Under the pieces are notes generated by a model that was not told the DNA's origin, ran no database searches, and was given only the letters and a program-made list of their open reading frames with translations. From a virus (taxonomy: Duplodnaviria; Caudoviricetes): a stretch of 50,825 nt of DNA. Every line of letters starts with the position of its first letter. The stretch's first letter is position 1. The position numbers and the translations under genes are program-made. The DNA is taken from the IMG/VR virus record IMGVR_UViG_3300036780_000409, positions 1 to 50,825 of that record; one strand, written 5' to 3'. Below are positions 34,401-44,154 of the stretch, piece by piece.

Positions 34401-34915
34401 GCGCCCCGACACCATACGTTCCTTCGATCACCATCGACGACGTGATCGCCGCGCTCGGCGCGTTCATTCAACCTTTCGTGGGTTCGGCGCAAATCATCCG
34501 TGGGCAAGTGAATCGCGTGGCCCCGCCGGTCGGATCGTTCGTCGAACTCACGGAGATTTTGCAATGCGATCTGGAATACCCGCGCAACTGGTACGACAAC
34601 ACTAATCAGCAGCGGAACATGATCGGTCCCAAGCGCATCGTGATTCAGGCCGATTTCTACGGAATGCAGTCGGGCGATTGGTGCTCCACGGTTAAAACGG
34701 CGTTCAGGACGGATTACGGAGTCAGTCAATTTCCTGCAGGAATCGCGCCTCTCTATACCGATGACGGGCACGAAGCGCCCCTAATGACCGGAGAACAGCA
34801 GTACGAGCGGAGATGGGTGCTTACGCTCTCGCTTCAAATGAATCCGATTGTGGTGGTCCCAACGCAATCCGCAGACACGTTGAGCATGAATCTCACGGAG
34901 GACGTCACGGCATGA
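34397..34915 (+). CDS. Tail terminator/neck protein
   Basis: RGQVNRV.PP, Q.DFYG, PLY.DD, EQQYE.RW; directly upstream of the sheath. Confidence 0.8.
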   Translation: MSAPTPYVPSITIDDVIAALGAFIQPFVGSAQIIRGQVNRVAPPVGSFVELTEILQCDLEYPRNWYDNTNQQRNMIGPKRIVIQADFYGMQSGDWCSTVKTAFRTDYGVSQFPAGIAPLYTDDGHEAPLMTGEQQYERRWVLTLSLQMNPIVVVPTQSADTLSMNLTEDVTA

Positions 34916-36441
34916 CAATACCAGCGAGTGCAATCGTATCGGTAACTCCGGGAGTTCTTTCGCCGGGCGGCGCCGCTCTGACCATGAGCGGCTTGGTCCT
35001 CACCGAAAATCTATTGATGCCGACGGGCAGCGTGCTCAGCTTCGCGAACGCGCAAGCGGTTTCGAATTTCTTCGGCCCGTCATCGGCGGAATTTGCTTAC
35101 GCTGAGATTTACTTCGCTGGCTACAACAACGCGACCCAGCAGCCCTCCGCGATTCTCTTCGCTCCATACAACGCGGCGGCGCGCGCGGGATGGCTGCAAT
35201 CGGGATCGTTCGTCAACGTAACCTTGGCCGAATTGCAGGCGATCACTCCCGGTACGCTGACCATTACATTCGCCGGAACGCCGCTCACGTCTTCGTCCAT
35301 CAATCTGTCTTCGGCCTCCAGTTTTACCGCCGCCGCGACCGCAATTCAGGCTGCCTTCACGTCTCCACCGTTCGCCGTCACCTGGGATGCCGTGCAAAGC
35401 GTCTTCATTTTCACGAGCACGTCCACCGGGGCGACCGAAACGATCATCTTCGCCACGGGCGCTATCGCGGCTTCGCTGTTTCTGACGCAAGCCACTGGGG
35501 CAACGCTCTCGCAGGGTGCGGTTCTCGATACGCCAGCGAGCGCCATGGGCAACGCGGTTGCGATCAGCCAGAACTGGGCGACCGTCAGCTACATCGTGGA
35601 ACTCTCGCTCGCCAACAAGGAAGCATTGGCCGCGTGGCTCAGCAGTGAGGACGATGAATATCTCGGCGTCATCTGGGACAGCGATACGCAAGCGAGCGTG
35701 CAGGGCGCGACCGAGCCCTTTGGCGTGGTAGCCAAGGCCGGTGCTTTCAACGGCGTGATGTGCATCGGCGGCGATCCCGCGGCGGTGCCATCCGGATCAA
35801 CACTCGCCGCTCTGAACCTCAATATCGCGGCGTTCGTGCAGGGCATGATCGCTTCGATTAACTTCTCGGCTCCGAACGGGCGCATCACTTTGGCCGGCAA
35901 GGGCGCGGCATCGTCCGCAGTCGTGGTGAATTGCGCGAACCTGCAGACGTACGAAAACTTGCTCGCGAACGGCTATAGCTGCTACGGGGCATTCGCTTCG
36001 CGCAACCAAGGCTTCGTGTTCTTTTCGAACGGGAACATGCCCGGAGATTTCCCCTGGGCCGATCAGTACGTTGATGAGATTTGGCTGAGCGCCGCACTGC
36101 AGGCCGCTTTGCTTTCGCTGTACACGACCGTCAACAGCATTCCCTACGATCCCACCGGCTACGGCTTGATCCGCGCGGCGCTCTTGGGGCCAATCGACGC
36201 GGCGCTCAGTTTTGGCGCGATCCAGACCGGCGTGACGCTCTCGCAGGCGCAAGCTGCGGAACTCAATTCTTTGGCGGGAGTGAATGCCGCACCAATCGTC
36301 GAATCGAATGGCTACTACCTCCAGATTCTCGATCCCGGCGCGACGGCGCGGAACGCCAGGCAAACGCCAATAATCAACCTGTTCTATACGGACGGCGGCG
36401 CGGTGCAAGTCGTCGCGATGGCATCGATCGACATTCTGTAG
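34912..36441 (+). CDS. Tail sheath protein (DUF3383-like)
   Basis: IPAS.IV.V.PGV, V..FFG..S.E, IPY...G...I, YTDGGAVQ. Confidence 0.92.
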   Translation: MTIPASAIVSVTPGVLSPGGAALTMSGLVLTENLLMPTGSVLSFANAQAVSNFFGPSSAEFAYAEIYFAGYNNATQQPSAILFAPYNAAARAGWLQSGSFVNVTLAELQAITPGTLTITFAGTPLTSSSINLSSASSFTAAATAIQAAFTSPPFAVTWDAVQSVFIFTSTSTGATETIIFATGAIAASLFLTQATGATLSQGAVLDTPASAMGNAVAISQNWATVSYIVELSLANKEALAAWLSSEDDEYLGVIWDSDTQASVQGATEPFGVVAKAGAFNGVMCIGGDPAAVPSGSTLAALNLNIAAFVQGMIASINFSAPNGRITLAGKGAASSAVVVNCANLQTYENLLANGYSCYGAFASRNQGFVFFSNGNMPGDFPWADQYVDEIWLSAALQAALLSLYTTVNSIPYDPTGYGLIRAALLGPIDAALSFGAIQTGVTLSQAQAAELNSLAGVNAAPIVESNGYYLQILDPGATARNARQTPIINLFYTDGGAVQVVAMASIDIL

Positions 36442-36454
36442 TTAAGGAGCTTTC

Positions 36455-36919
36455 ATGGGCGGCTTTCGAAATGCAATCACCGGCGGCGCGAGCACCATCA
36501 CGTCTGCCAATTCGGTCGTGTCAATCACGGTGCCCGGGCTGTACGGCTTCCCCGTGCAACTCCAAGGCTATTCCGCCGACAAGGCCTGGAGCACGGACAA
36601 TCTGGACATCGCCGAGACGCAAATTGGCGTGGATGGCCGGATGACCGCCGGCTACATCTTCAACACCGTCAAGCAGACCTTCTCTTTCCAAGCCGACTCC
36701 CCAAGCATCGCTATTTTTCAGTCGATATGGGCGGCGATGGCCACGGTGCGCGATATCTACTACCTCAGCGGCACGATCGACATTCCGTCCACGGGCGAGA
36801 GTTTCATTTGCAGCAAGGGCGTGCTCAAGGCCGTGAAGACGATACCGGACGCCAACAAAGTGCTGGCCGCGATGGAATTTTCCATTGAGTGGCAGAGCGT
36901 TCGAGTTTCACTGAATTAG
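36455..36919 (+). CDS. Tail tube protein
   Basis: ITSANS, LQGYSAD, GVDG..AG, QADSPS; follows the sheath. Confidence 0.88.
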   Translation: MGGFRNAITGGASTITSANSVVSITVPGLYGFPVQLQGYSADKAWSTDNLDIAETQIGVDGRMTAGYIFNTVKQTFSFQADSPSIAIFQSIWAAMATVRDIYYLSGTIDIPSTGESFICSKGVLKAVKTIPDANKVLAAMEFSIEWQSVRVSLN

Positions 36920-36927
36920 GAGGCACC

Positions 36928-37401
36928 GTGGCGCGCAAAACCGAAACGTACGTCGTCGCCGACGAGGGCCGCGACAAAGGCAAATCCTTTCTGTTGACTG
37001 AGTGGCCGTCATCGAAGGCCGAATCTTGGGCAACGCGCGCCATATTGGGTCTTTTGAATGCGAACGTAGAAATTCCCGATGGCGCTCTGGACGGCGGCAT
37101 GGCAGCGCTGCTACAGATCGGCATCAAGAAGCTCTTTGCGCTTCCATATTCTTCGGCAGGCCCGCTCTTAATCGAGCTGATGGAATGCGTCCAGGTAGTT
37201 CCCGACGCGAAGCGCCCACAGGTGAAGCGCGCCCTGATCGAAGAAGACATCGAGGAAGTCAAGACGCGCCTCAAGCTCAAGTCCGCAGTCCTGAATTTGC
37301 ACCTGGATTTTTCCATCGCCGACGCCCTCTCAAAATTAACAGCCAAGGCCAAGGCGTCGGCGGAAGAAGGGCGGCCACATACGCGAATGTCCCGCAAGTG
37401 A
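36928..37401 (+). CDS. Tail assembly chaperone (G-like)
   Basis: AGGAGG RBS; GRDKGK.F..TE, DIEEV.TRL.L...V..LH.DF. Confidence 0.85.
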   Translation: MARKTETYVVADEGRDKGKSFLLTEWPSSKAESWATRAILGLLNANVEIPDGALDGGMAALLQIGIKKLFALPYSSAGPLLIELMECVQVVPDAKRPQVKRALIEEDIEEVKTRLKLKSAVLNLHLDFSIADALSKLTAKAKASAEEGRPHTRMSRK

Positions 37402-37523
37402 TCGGACTTATCGTGAGCCATCGGCTCGCGACTCTCCACGAGTTACAGACGATCTACAGCGTGGAAGACACTTACGATTTACTGGAAATACTTGCAGTCG
37501 AAGCAGCTAACCGGAGCGAGTAA
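36928..37523 (+). CDS. Tail assembly chaperone, -1 frameshifted GT-like form
   Basis: G GAT TTT at 37305-37311; the -1 frame stays open to 37523 and encodes ATLHELQTIYSVED.YDLLEI. Confidence 0.75.
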
Positions 37524-39094
37524 TGCCGACCGTAATCGATGAATTGATCGTCAAGCTGGGCCTCGACAGCAAGGATCTCGTCAACAAATCCCCTCAGGCC
37601 AAAAAACAATTAGACGACCTGGACGAGGGCGCTAAAGACCTCGCCAAATCCACCAAAAGCGCTGCGGGGGGGCTTTCGGAAGTCGCCGGCAAGCTGGGCG
37701 CGTTTCTCGCTTTGCTCGGCGGAACGGCCGCGCTCAAGGATTTCGTCCGCGACACCATCGAAACCAACACCCAGCTCCACTACCTTGCCGCGAATCTTGG
37801 AATGGCGGTGCGCGAACTGTCTTCCTGGGGAACGGTCGCCGAGGAATTTGGCGGAAGCGCCAAGGGATTGCAAGCAACGCTGAGCCATCTATCGATGGAG
37901 GCGACCAATTTTGCCCTGCGAGGCCAGTCCAGTTTGATTCCATTTTTGTCGATGATGGGGATCAAATTCGATCAGGCGCATCCCGACAATGTATTGCTGC
38001 AGATAGCCGGCTGGGTCCAAAAAGCGCAAGCGATGGGGCTCGCGCGCCCCGCCGTTCACAACATCCTTCAGCAGATGGGAATCGATGAAGGAACGATCAA
38101 TGCGATGTGGGGCGGAACGGCCGCGCTCAAAGCCTACCTCGAGCAGGCGGGGAAATTGGCGGCGACCGACGCCGAGGCGAAGCACGCCGCGCAAGCCAAG
38201 GCGCAACTCGTCATACTCGGCGCACAATTCGCAAAGATCGGCTACGACCTACTGGAAAAGGCCTATCCCGCGTTAGAGAAGTTCATCGCCCTACTGCAGA
38301 AATTCGGCGCATGGGTGCGGGAACATGAAACCATCGCCGGAGTTTTCTCCGCCATTACGCTTGCCGTCATAGCGTTGGCCGGCTCGGCTGGAGTCCTCTC
38401 ACTCGCGCTTGGCGCATTGTCCGCTTTCGCTCCCGAAGCCATTCTGGCTGGACTTGGAGCTATCGTCGCCGCCGCTCCCGAGATTCTCCTGGTCGCTGCG
38501 GCGGTCGCAGCTCTTGTGGGTGGCGGAATCTGGATCGCCAAGGGCTTTACCAAAGGAAAATCCGCGACGGGCGGAAACTCCGTCAATGCCGCGAACGTTC
38601 CCGACGTCGCTCAGGCCATCGCGCGGCAGGAGGGCTTCTATACGCCCGGAACGATTCCGCGGCGCGCCAATAACCCCGGAGACATCGAGTACGGCCATTT
38701 CGCGATCCGTCACGGTGCAACCGGCTCGATGACGGCGGCCGGCGGAAAACAGATCGCCATCTTTCCGAGCGAGCAGGCCGGCTGGGAAGCGATGTACGCG
38801 CTTCTGCAGGGCAACTACCTCGGGATGAACCTTTCCGATGCGCTCAATAAGTGGCAGGGGAAGGGCACTCAGGCGAGCCTGTTGACGGGGCACCGGAATT
38901 CCATTGCGGCGCAGTTGGCGATGCTTCAATCGAGTGCGCCGGCCGCGCGATCCTCTTCAAAAAGCATCACCAATCACATCGGAGAGGTCAACGTCTACAC
39001 CCAGGCTACCGATGCGAAAAAGATGGCCGCAGACCTCGGCCGCGGCACCGACTGGCTGACCTTCGCGAGCCAAGCCAATTCGGCGGTGGTGTGA
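37523..39094 (+). CDS. Tape measure protein with C-terminal lysozyme-like domain
   Basis: MPTVIDELIVKLGLD start; helical and hydrophobic middle; AIARQEG...RANNPGDI...F.S...G..AM. Confidence 0.88.
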   Translation: MPTVIDELIVKLGLDSKDLVNKSPQAKKQLDDLDEGAKDLAKSTKSAAGGLSEVAGKLGAFLALLGGTAALKDFVRDTIETNTQLHYLAANLGMAVRELSSWGTVAEEFGGSAKGLQATLSHLSMEATNFALRGQSSLIPFLSMMGIKFDQAHPDNVLLQIAGWVQKAQAMGLARPAVHNILQQMGIDEGTINAMWGGTAALKAYLEQAGKLAATDAEAKHAAQAKAQLVILGAQFAKIGYDLLEKAYPALEKFIALLQKFGAWVREHETIAGVFSAITLAVIALAGSAGVLSLALGALSAFAPEAILAGLGAIVAAAPEILLVAAAVAALVGGGIWIAKGFTKGKSATGGNSVNAANVPDVAQAIARQEGFYTPGTIPRRANNPGDIEYGHFAIRHGATGSMTAAGGKQIAIFPSEQAGWEAMYALLQGNYLGMNLSDALNKWQGKGTQASLLTGHRNSIAAQLAMLQSSAPAARSSSKSITNHIGEVNVYTQATDAKKMAADLGRGTDWLTFASQANSAVV

Positions 39095-39792
39095 TGCCGC
39101 TCATTCCGTTTCCGAATATCCCTAACTACCCGGGCGTTCCGTCCATTCCGAGAAGGGCGCCAGGCTCTCCCAACATTTCGATATCGCTCGCGAGTCCGCA
39201 AAATCCTCCGGCGCAGACGACACCCTACGCCGACAACTGGGGCATTTTTAATTCAGTCACCGGCACCGCCCTCTATACGCCCGCGAACGGCGGAACGCTT
39301 TCTTTCTTTTCGTTCTCCTTTTCTAAAAAAATGGAGATATCCGATTTCCCGATCGAGGCCAATTCGCCGGACCAAGGCGCGGCGTTCGCCAGCTTCAACA
39401 AGGTATTTACGCCCGCAAATCCGACCGTGACTTTGGCGATCAGCGGCGCTGAAACCGATAAGCAAGGGTTCCTCGCGGCCTTGGACGACGCCTGCGAGTC
39501 GACGAATCTGTACATCGTGACCACGCCGGAAGGGAGCTTCGGTTCGTACAGCATCGAGAGTTATTCCTACGAACGCACGGCCCAGCGCGGCGCCACGATG
39601 CTGACGGTTGATGTCTCGCTAAAGGAAATTCTGCAAGTGCAGCCGTACTACTCCAATCCCGATGCATCGACGGCGATCAATTCGCCGCAATCGCCCAGTT
39701 CCGTTTCGCAGGCGAACGGCGGCCTTACGCAAGCTCAACCGTACGCGGGATCTTCGTCCGGAGTCATTAGCGTGCTGGGAGGGCCTAACTGA
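39094..39792 (+). CDS. Baseplate/tube-initiator protein
   Basis: P.PNIP.YPGVP, ISDFPIE..AFASFNKV, VTTPE; follows the tape measure gene. Confidence 0.8.
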   Translation: MPLIPFPNIPNYPGVPSIPRRAPGSPNISISLASPQNPPAQTTPYADNWGIFNSVTGTALYTPANGGTLSFFSFSFSKKMEISDFPIEANSPDQGAAFASFNKVFTPANPTVTLAISGAETDKQGFLAALDDACESTNLYIVTTPEGSFGSYSIESYSYERTAQRGATMLTVDVSLKEILQVQPYYSNPDASTAINSPQSPSSVSQANGGLTQAQPYAGSSSGVISVLGGPN

Positions 39793-40109
39793 TGCAGCAA
39801 ATAGTCCTCCAGCCGGTTCCTTCGCAGCAATTGCAGGTGGTGCTTGACGGCCAGCAATGTCAGATCGCCGTGTACGTGAAGATGCAGTGCATGTTTTTCG
39901 ACATCACCGTCAACGGCGTGCCGCTGGCTTACGCGGTGCAGGCGAAGAATCTCGTCAACCTCGTGCCGACGTCTTATCTGGGATTCGCGGGCTGGCTTGT
40001 GTTTTTTGATACCCAGGGCAGCGACGACCCGGAATATTCCGGCCTGGGAACCCGGTGGGTGCTTTTGTACGTAGACGCGGAGGACGTGGCCGATGGCCTC
40101 GCAGCCTAA
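39792..40109 (+). CDS. Baseplate protein
   Basis: I.L.PVPSQ...V.L.GQ.C, F.DTQG..DP.Y.GLG.RW.L.Y. Confidence 0.82.
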   Translation: MQQIVLQPVPSQQLQVVLDGQQCQIAVYVKMQCMFFDITVNGVPLAYAVQAKNLVNLVPTSYLGFAGWLVFFDTQGSDDPEYSGLGTRWVLLYVDAEDVADGLAA

Positions 40110-41067
40110 ATCCTTCGCCAATCCCAAAAAACTGAAGTTCGTTTTCACGCTCGCGATCGGCTTGCCCAATCGCTTTCTGGCCGGAGGCAGCCAGCAATTT
40201 CTGACGCTCACGATTCAAGGCCTTCGCGCTTCGGTGCATGTGGACAACGGCGGCGGAAACATGATGCCGCAATTGCAGGCTCAGATTTACGGGATGACCG
40301 CGAGCGATATGAACGCGGTAACCACGATCAATTGGGCCACGCAAGGGATCGCCGCACTCGCGAACGTCCTTCCCAACATCGTCGCGGTTTACGCCGTCGA
40401 GGGCCCCGGCCAGGAAGTTCTAGTTTTTTCCGGGAACATCGTCAACGCCTGGGGCATTTACACCGGCATGCCGGATGTTTTTCTGACGGTCGAAGCGAGG
40501 GGATTTTATTTCGCGCAGCTCACTCCCTCGCAACGCACCACGATCAAAACGAATACCGACATCGCGACGGTGATGGAGCAGCTCGCCAACAATCTCGGGA
40601 TGATTTTCGAGAATAACGGAGTCACCGGAACGGTGCGCGCGGGGCAGACGCTCAGCGGAAGCTGGCTCGATCAGGCTAATCAAATGGCGGATGCCTACCG
40701 CGATCGATTCACCCTGTACAGAGACACTTCGACGGCTTCATTGAGCACCATCGGCACTCTGGCGATAACGCCTCCGAACGTTGCTCGTCCCGGTGGAACG
40801 CCGGTGGTAAATCCCCGAAGCGGACTGATCGGCTATCCCGCTTTCAACGGGTACGGTGGGATTTTGTTCGACACGTACTTCAATCCGGCGATCAAGTTTG
40901 GCGGGCAGGTCGAGATTCAATCGGCGATTCCGAAGGCGAGCGGGAAGGCCTACGTCAGTTCTTTGTCGCACGATCTGGAAAGTCAAACACCGGGCGGCCG
41001 GTGGCGATCCACCGTCACCGCCTATAGCACCCAAGGCGCGGCGGCGCTGGCCGCGGCGGGAGGCTAG
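40093..41067 (+). CDS. Baseplate hub protein
   Basis: IYGMT, VF.GNI..A, FENNGV, GLIGYP, FNPAI..GG, H.LE...PGG.W. Confidence 0.85.
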   Translation: MASQPKSFANPKKLKFVFTLAIGLPNRFLAGGSQQFLTLTIQGLRASVHVDNGGGNMMPQLQAQIYGMTASDMNAVTTINWATQGIAALANVLPNIVAVYAVEGPGQEVLVFSGNIVNAWGIYTGMPDVFLTVEARGFYFAQLTPSQRTTIKTNTDIATVMEQLANNLGMIFENNGVTGTVRAGQTLSGSWLDQANQMADAYRDRFTLYRDTSTASLSTIGTLAITPPNVARPGGTPVVNPRSGLIGYPAFNGYGGILFDTYFNPAIKFGGQVEIQSAIPKASGKAYVSSLSHDLESQTPGGRWRSTVTAYSTQGAAALAAAGG

Positions 41068-41070
41068 AGA

Positions 41071-41718
41071 ATGTCTTCGACCTCAACGCCGGGAGTTCTG
41101 CAGCCACAAAACGTGTGGGGCGAATACAACAATCTCATTTTTGCGATACGCCAGTTGATGGCTAAGATGCAGACCGCAACGCTCGTCCAGGTTGTCTCCT
41201 GCACCAACGATGGCGGGGTTTCCGCCGTCGGTTCCGTCGACGTGCTGATTCTGGTCAATCAAATCAACGGGAACGGGCAGGGAATCAGCGAAGGCCAGCT
41301 CGTCAATCTGCCGTACATGCGCATGCAGGGCGGCGCGAACGCCGTCATTCTCGACCCGCAGCCGGGCGACATCGGGATAGCGGTCTTTTGCAGCCGCGAT
41401 ATTTCCACCGTCGTGGCCACGAAGGCGCAAGCAAATCCGGCCACGTTCCGCATGTACGATTTTTCGGATGGACTCTACCTTGGCGGCGTTCTGAATGGAG
41501 CGCCGACTTCCTTCGTGCAGTTCGTCTCCGGAGGAATCAATGTCACCTCTCCCAATCAAATTACGCTCCAAGCGCCGACCGTGACCGTGGAAGGGAATTT
41601 GGTGGTGACGGGCACCACGCAAGGCAGCGATGACGGAACGTTCGAGGGAATTAGCGTGAAGACGCACATTCACAGCGGCGTTACAACCGGCGGCGGGAAC
41701 ACGGGGATTCCGGTATGA
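41071..41718 (+). CDS. Baseplate central spike (gpV/Gp138-like)
   Basis: PY.R.QGG.NA.I.DP..GDIG...F.RDIS; C-terminal HIHSGV metal-binding tip. Confidence 0.9.
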   Translation: MSSTSTPGVLQPQNVWGEYNNLIFAIRQLMAKMQTATLVQVVSCTNDGGVSAVGSVDVLILVNQINGNGQGISEGQLVNLPYMRMQGGANAVILDPQPGDIGIAVFCSRDISTVVATKAQANPATFRMYDFSDGLYLGGVLNGAPTSFVQFVSGGINVTSPNQITLQAPTVTVEGNLVVTGTTQGSDDGTFEGISVKTHIHSGVTTGGGNTGIPV

Positions 41719-42074
41719 GCGCCCTTTCGACGCTGCTTCTCGACGCGACCGCATGGGATCTCGTCCTTGATTCCAGTGGGAATATCGCGCTGGCGGAACC
41801 TCCCTACGCCACGGCACAAGACGTGGCATCGGCGATCAAGCTTTTCCTGGCCGAGCTTTGGTTCAACACGACGCAAGGTGTCCCGTATTGGAGTGAGGTT
41901 CTGGGGCGTGCGCCGTCGCTTTCGCAACTGGCGCAATCGATGAATCAGGCCGCACTTTCGGTTCCTGGGGTTGTGGCGGCGAATACGATCATTACCGGAT
42001 TCGTGGATCGCCAGGTGACCGGGCAAGTGCAGTTCACGACGGCGGATGGAACCGAAACCACGGTGACTTTTTAA
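41715..42074 (+). CDS. Baseplate wedge protein (gp25/W-like)
   Basis: WDL.LD..GNIA, AQDVASAI..F..E.W.....GVPY, VPGV. Confidence 0.85.
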   Translation: MSALSTLLLDATAWDLVLDSSGNIALAEPPYATAQDVASAIKLFLAELWFNTTQGVPYWSEVLGRAPSLSQLAQSMNQAALSVPGVVAANTIITGFVDRQVTGQVQFTTADGTETTVTF

Positions 42075-43294
42075 TGAGCAGCGTACCGCCAATTCAGTTT
42101 ACGACCGAAGGCGTGATCCTTCCGACCGACGCGGCCATTCTTACCGGCGTCCAGACCGATATCGACACCGCTTTCGGTGGCGGCGTGAATCCGTCGCTCT
42201 CTACTCCGCAAGGGCAACTCGCCACGAGCGAAGCGGCCATCGTCGCGGAAAAGAATTCGGAAATCGCCTACGTCGCGAACCAAGTCGATCCGCAATATGC
42301 GAGCGGGCGCTTTCAGGACGCGATTGGCCGCATTTATTTCATGACGCGGCAGCCCGCGCAACCCACGGTCGTCATCTGCACGCTGGGAGGAATCTCCGGA
42401 ACTGTGATTGCGGCCGGCGCCCTGGCGCTCGACACTTCGGGAAACACCTACCAATTGCTCGATGCGGTCACCATCGGCGGCGGCGGAACGGTTTCGGGAG
42501 AATTCGCAAACCTGGTTACCGGGCCGATCCCTTGCCCTACCGGAACCCTTACGCAGATTTATCAAGCGATTTCAGGCTGGGATACGATCACCAATCCGGG
42601 CGACGGAACCTTGGGAAATTTAGTGGAGAGTTCTCAAGCGTTCGAGCATCGGCGGCAGGCCTCGGTCGCAGCGAACAGCCACGGAACCACGGACGCCATT
42701 TTAGCGGCCGTCTTTGCGGTTCCCGGCGTCCTCAATTGCTACGTGATCGACAATCCCTCGGGAAACACGGTGAACTATGGATCGACAAATTATCCGCTGG
42801 CCCCGCACTCGATCTACGTCGCGGTCGTTGGCGGCGAAGCGGCCGCCATCGCCCAAGCGATCTGGCAATTCAAAGACGCCGGATGTTCCTATCAAAGCGC
42901 AGCCGGGGAAGGCAGCGTCGAAACCGTCACCATCTTCGACACGAACTATCCCAGTCCGCAACCGGCCTACCCGGTAAGCTTCATCATTCCTGGAACCGTG
43001 GCCATTTATTTCGCGGTCACGCTCACGTCCCTGCCGAGCGGCCTCGCGGCTTTAATTCAGGCCGCGATCATCGCGCAATTCAACGGCGAGAACGATAACA
43101 CTCCAGCGGGAATCGCCTCGCTCATCACCGCAAGCAGTTATTACGCCGCAGTCCTCACGGCCCTTGCGGGCAGCGGGGCCACACTCGTCAGCATTTTCGT
43201 GGGCATCGCGCCTTCTCCCAGCGGATTCGATACGCAAATAGGCATCGATCAGGAGCCTACGCTGAGCGCCGGAAATATTTCGGTGAGCACATGA
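42074..43294 (+). CDS. Baseplate J-like wedge protein
   Basis: TPQGQLA, DP..A.GR.QDAI..IYF..R, G...ES...FE.RR, PHSIYV.V.GG. Confidence 0.92.
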   Translation: MSSVPPIQFTTEGVILPTDAAILTGVQTDIDTAFGGGVNPSLSTPQGQLATSEAAIVAEKNSEIAYVANQVDPQYASGRFQDAIGRIYFMTRQPAQPTVVICTLGGISGTVIAAGALALDTSGNTYQLLDAVTIGGGGTVSGEFANLVTGPIPCPTGTLTQIYQAISGWDTITNPGDGTLGNLVESSQAFEHRRQASVAANSHGTTDAILAAVFAVPGVLNCYVIDNPSGNTVNYGSTNYPLAPHSIYVAVVGGEAAAIAQAIWQFKDAGCSYQSAAGEGSVETVTIFDTNYPSPQPAYPVSFIIPGTVAIYFAVTLTSLPSGLAALIQAAIIAQFNGENDNTPAGIASLITASSYYAAVLTALAGSGATLVSIFVGIAPSPSGFDTQIGIDQEPTLSAGNISVST

Positions 43295-44154
43295 CGCCGC
43301 TCGTCCTTCAGGATTCAACCGGACTGCTTTGGACGATATCGGTCAATGCCTGGGGCCAAATCGTCGCCACGGGCGGAGCGACTGGCATTGCCGTAGGTGT
43401 TTACATCAACGATTCCAGCGGCGCCTCGTACCTGCTTTCGTTCAACCCCACGGTGCGGAACATCCAGACTTCGCGCGTGTCTGTCGCCAGAAATTTCCCA
43501 ACATCCATTGCCATCGATGACTCATGGCTTATCGGGGTCGACACGTCCGGCCTGGTAGTGATTTCGCCATCCTCGCAGCTCGCACTGTGGCAGCAAACCG
43601 TGATTTCGCAGTACGCCAACAGTCCCACGCTGCTCGCGCTGATCGAGGATTTCAATTCGGCGGTCGATCCGAGCGGCGACATCGACAATTTTTATTCGTG
43701 GATTTGGAATATCGACACCGCGCAAGGATTCGGCTTGGATATCTGGGGCCGGATCGTGGGCGTGGGCCGCGCGATTCAGACGAGTCCGCCTACAATTTTG
43801 ACCGACTCTCAATTTCGCTCGCTGATTCTGCTGAAGGCGTTGAGCAATATTTCGATTGCGACCTCTCCGGCCATCAACTCGCTCTTGCGGAATTGGATGG
43901 CCGGGCGCGGCAAGGCTTACGTGAACGACCTCGGCGAGATGGAAATTCGCTACTCGTTCGAATTCGACCTGGAGCCGTTCGAAATTCTCATCATCACCGA
44001 GAGCGGTATTTTCCTGAGGCCTGCCGGAGTAGGCGGCTGGGCCGTAGCGACGACCTATCCGGTTTTCGGATTCAAAGAAATGGGAACGACTTGGGCAGCG
44101 CCATTCGATCAGGAGCCATTTATGCCAGCGGGAAATCCTTATGCTGTTAGCTAA
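43291..44154 (+). CDS. DUF2612-like baseplate protein with ~98-aa N-terminal extension
   Basis: TVISQYANSP.L, WNIDTA.GFGLDIWGRIVG, RPAGV. Confidence 0.85.
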   Translation: MTPLVLQDSTGLLWTISVNAWGQIVATGGATGIAVGVYINDSSGASYLLSFNPTVRNIQTSRVSVARNFPTSIAIDDSWLIGVDTSGLVVISPSSQLALWQQTVISQYANSPTLLALIEDFNSAVDPSGDIDNFYSWIWNIDTAQGFGLDIWGRIVGVGRAIQTSPPTILTDSQFRSLILLKALSNISIATSPAINSLLRNWMAGRGKAYVNDLGEMEIRYSFEFDLEPFEILIITESGIFLRPAGVGGWAVATTYPVFGFKEMGTTWAAPFDQEPFMPAGNPYAVS

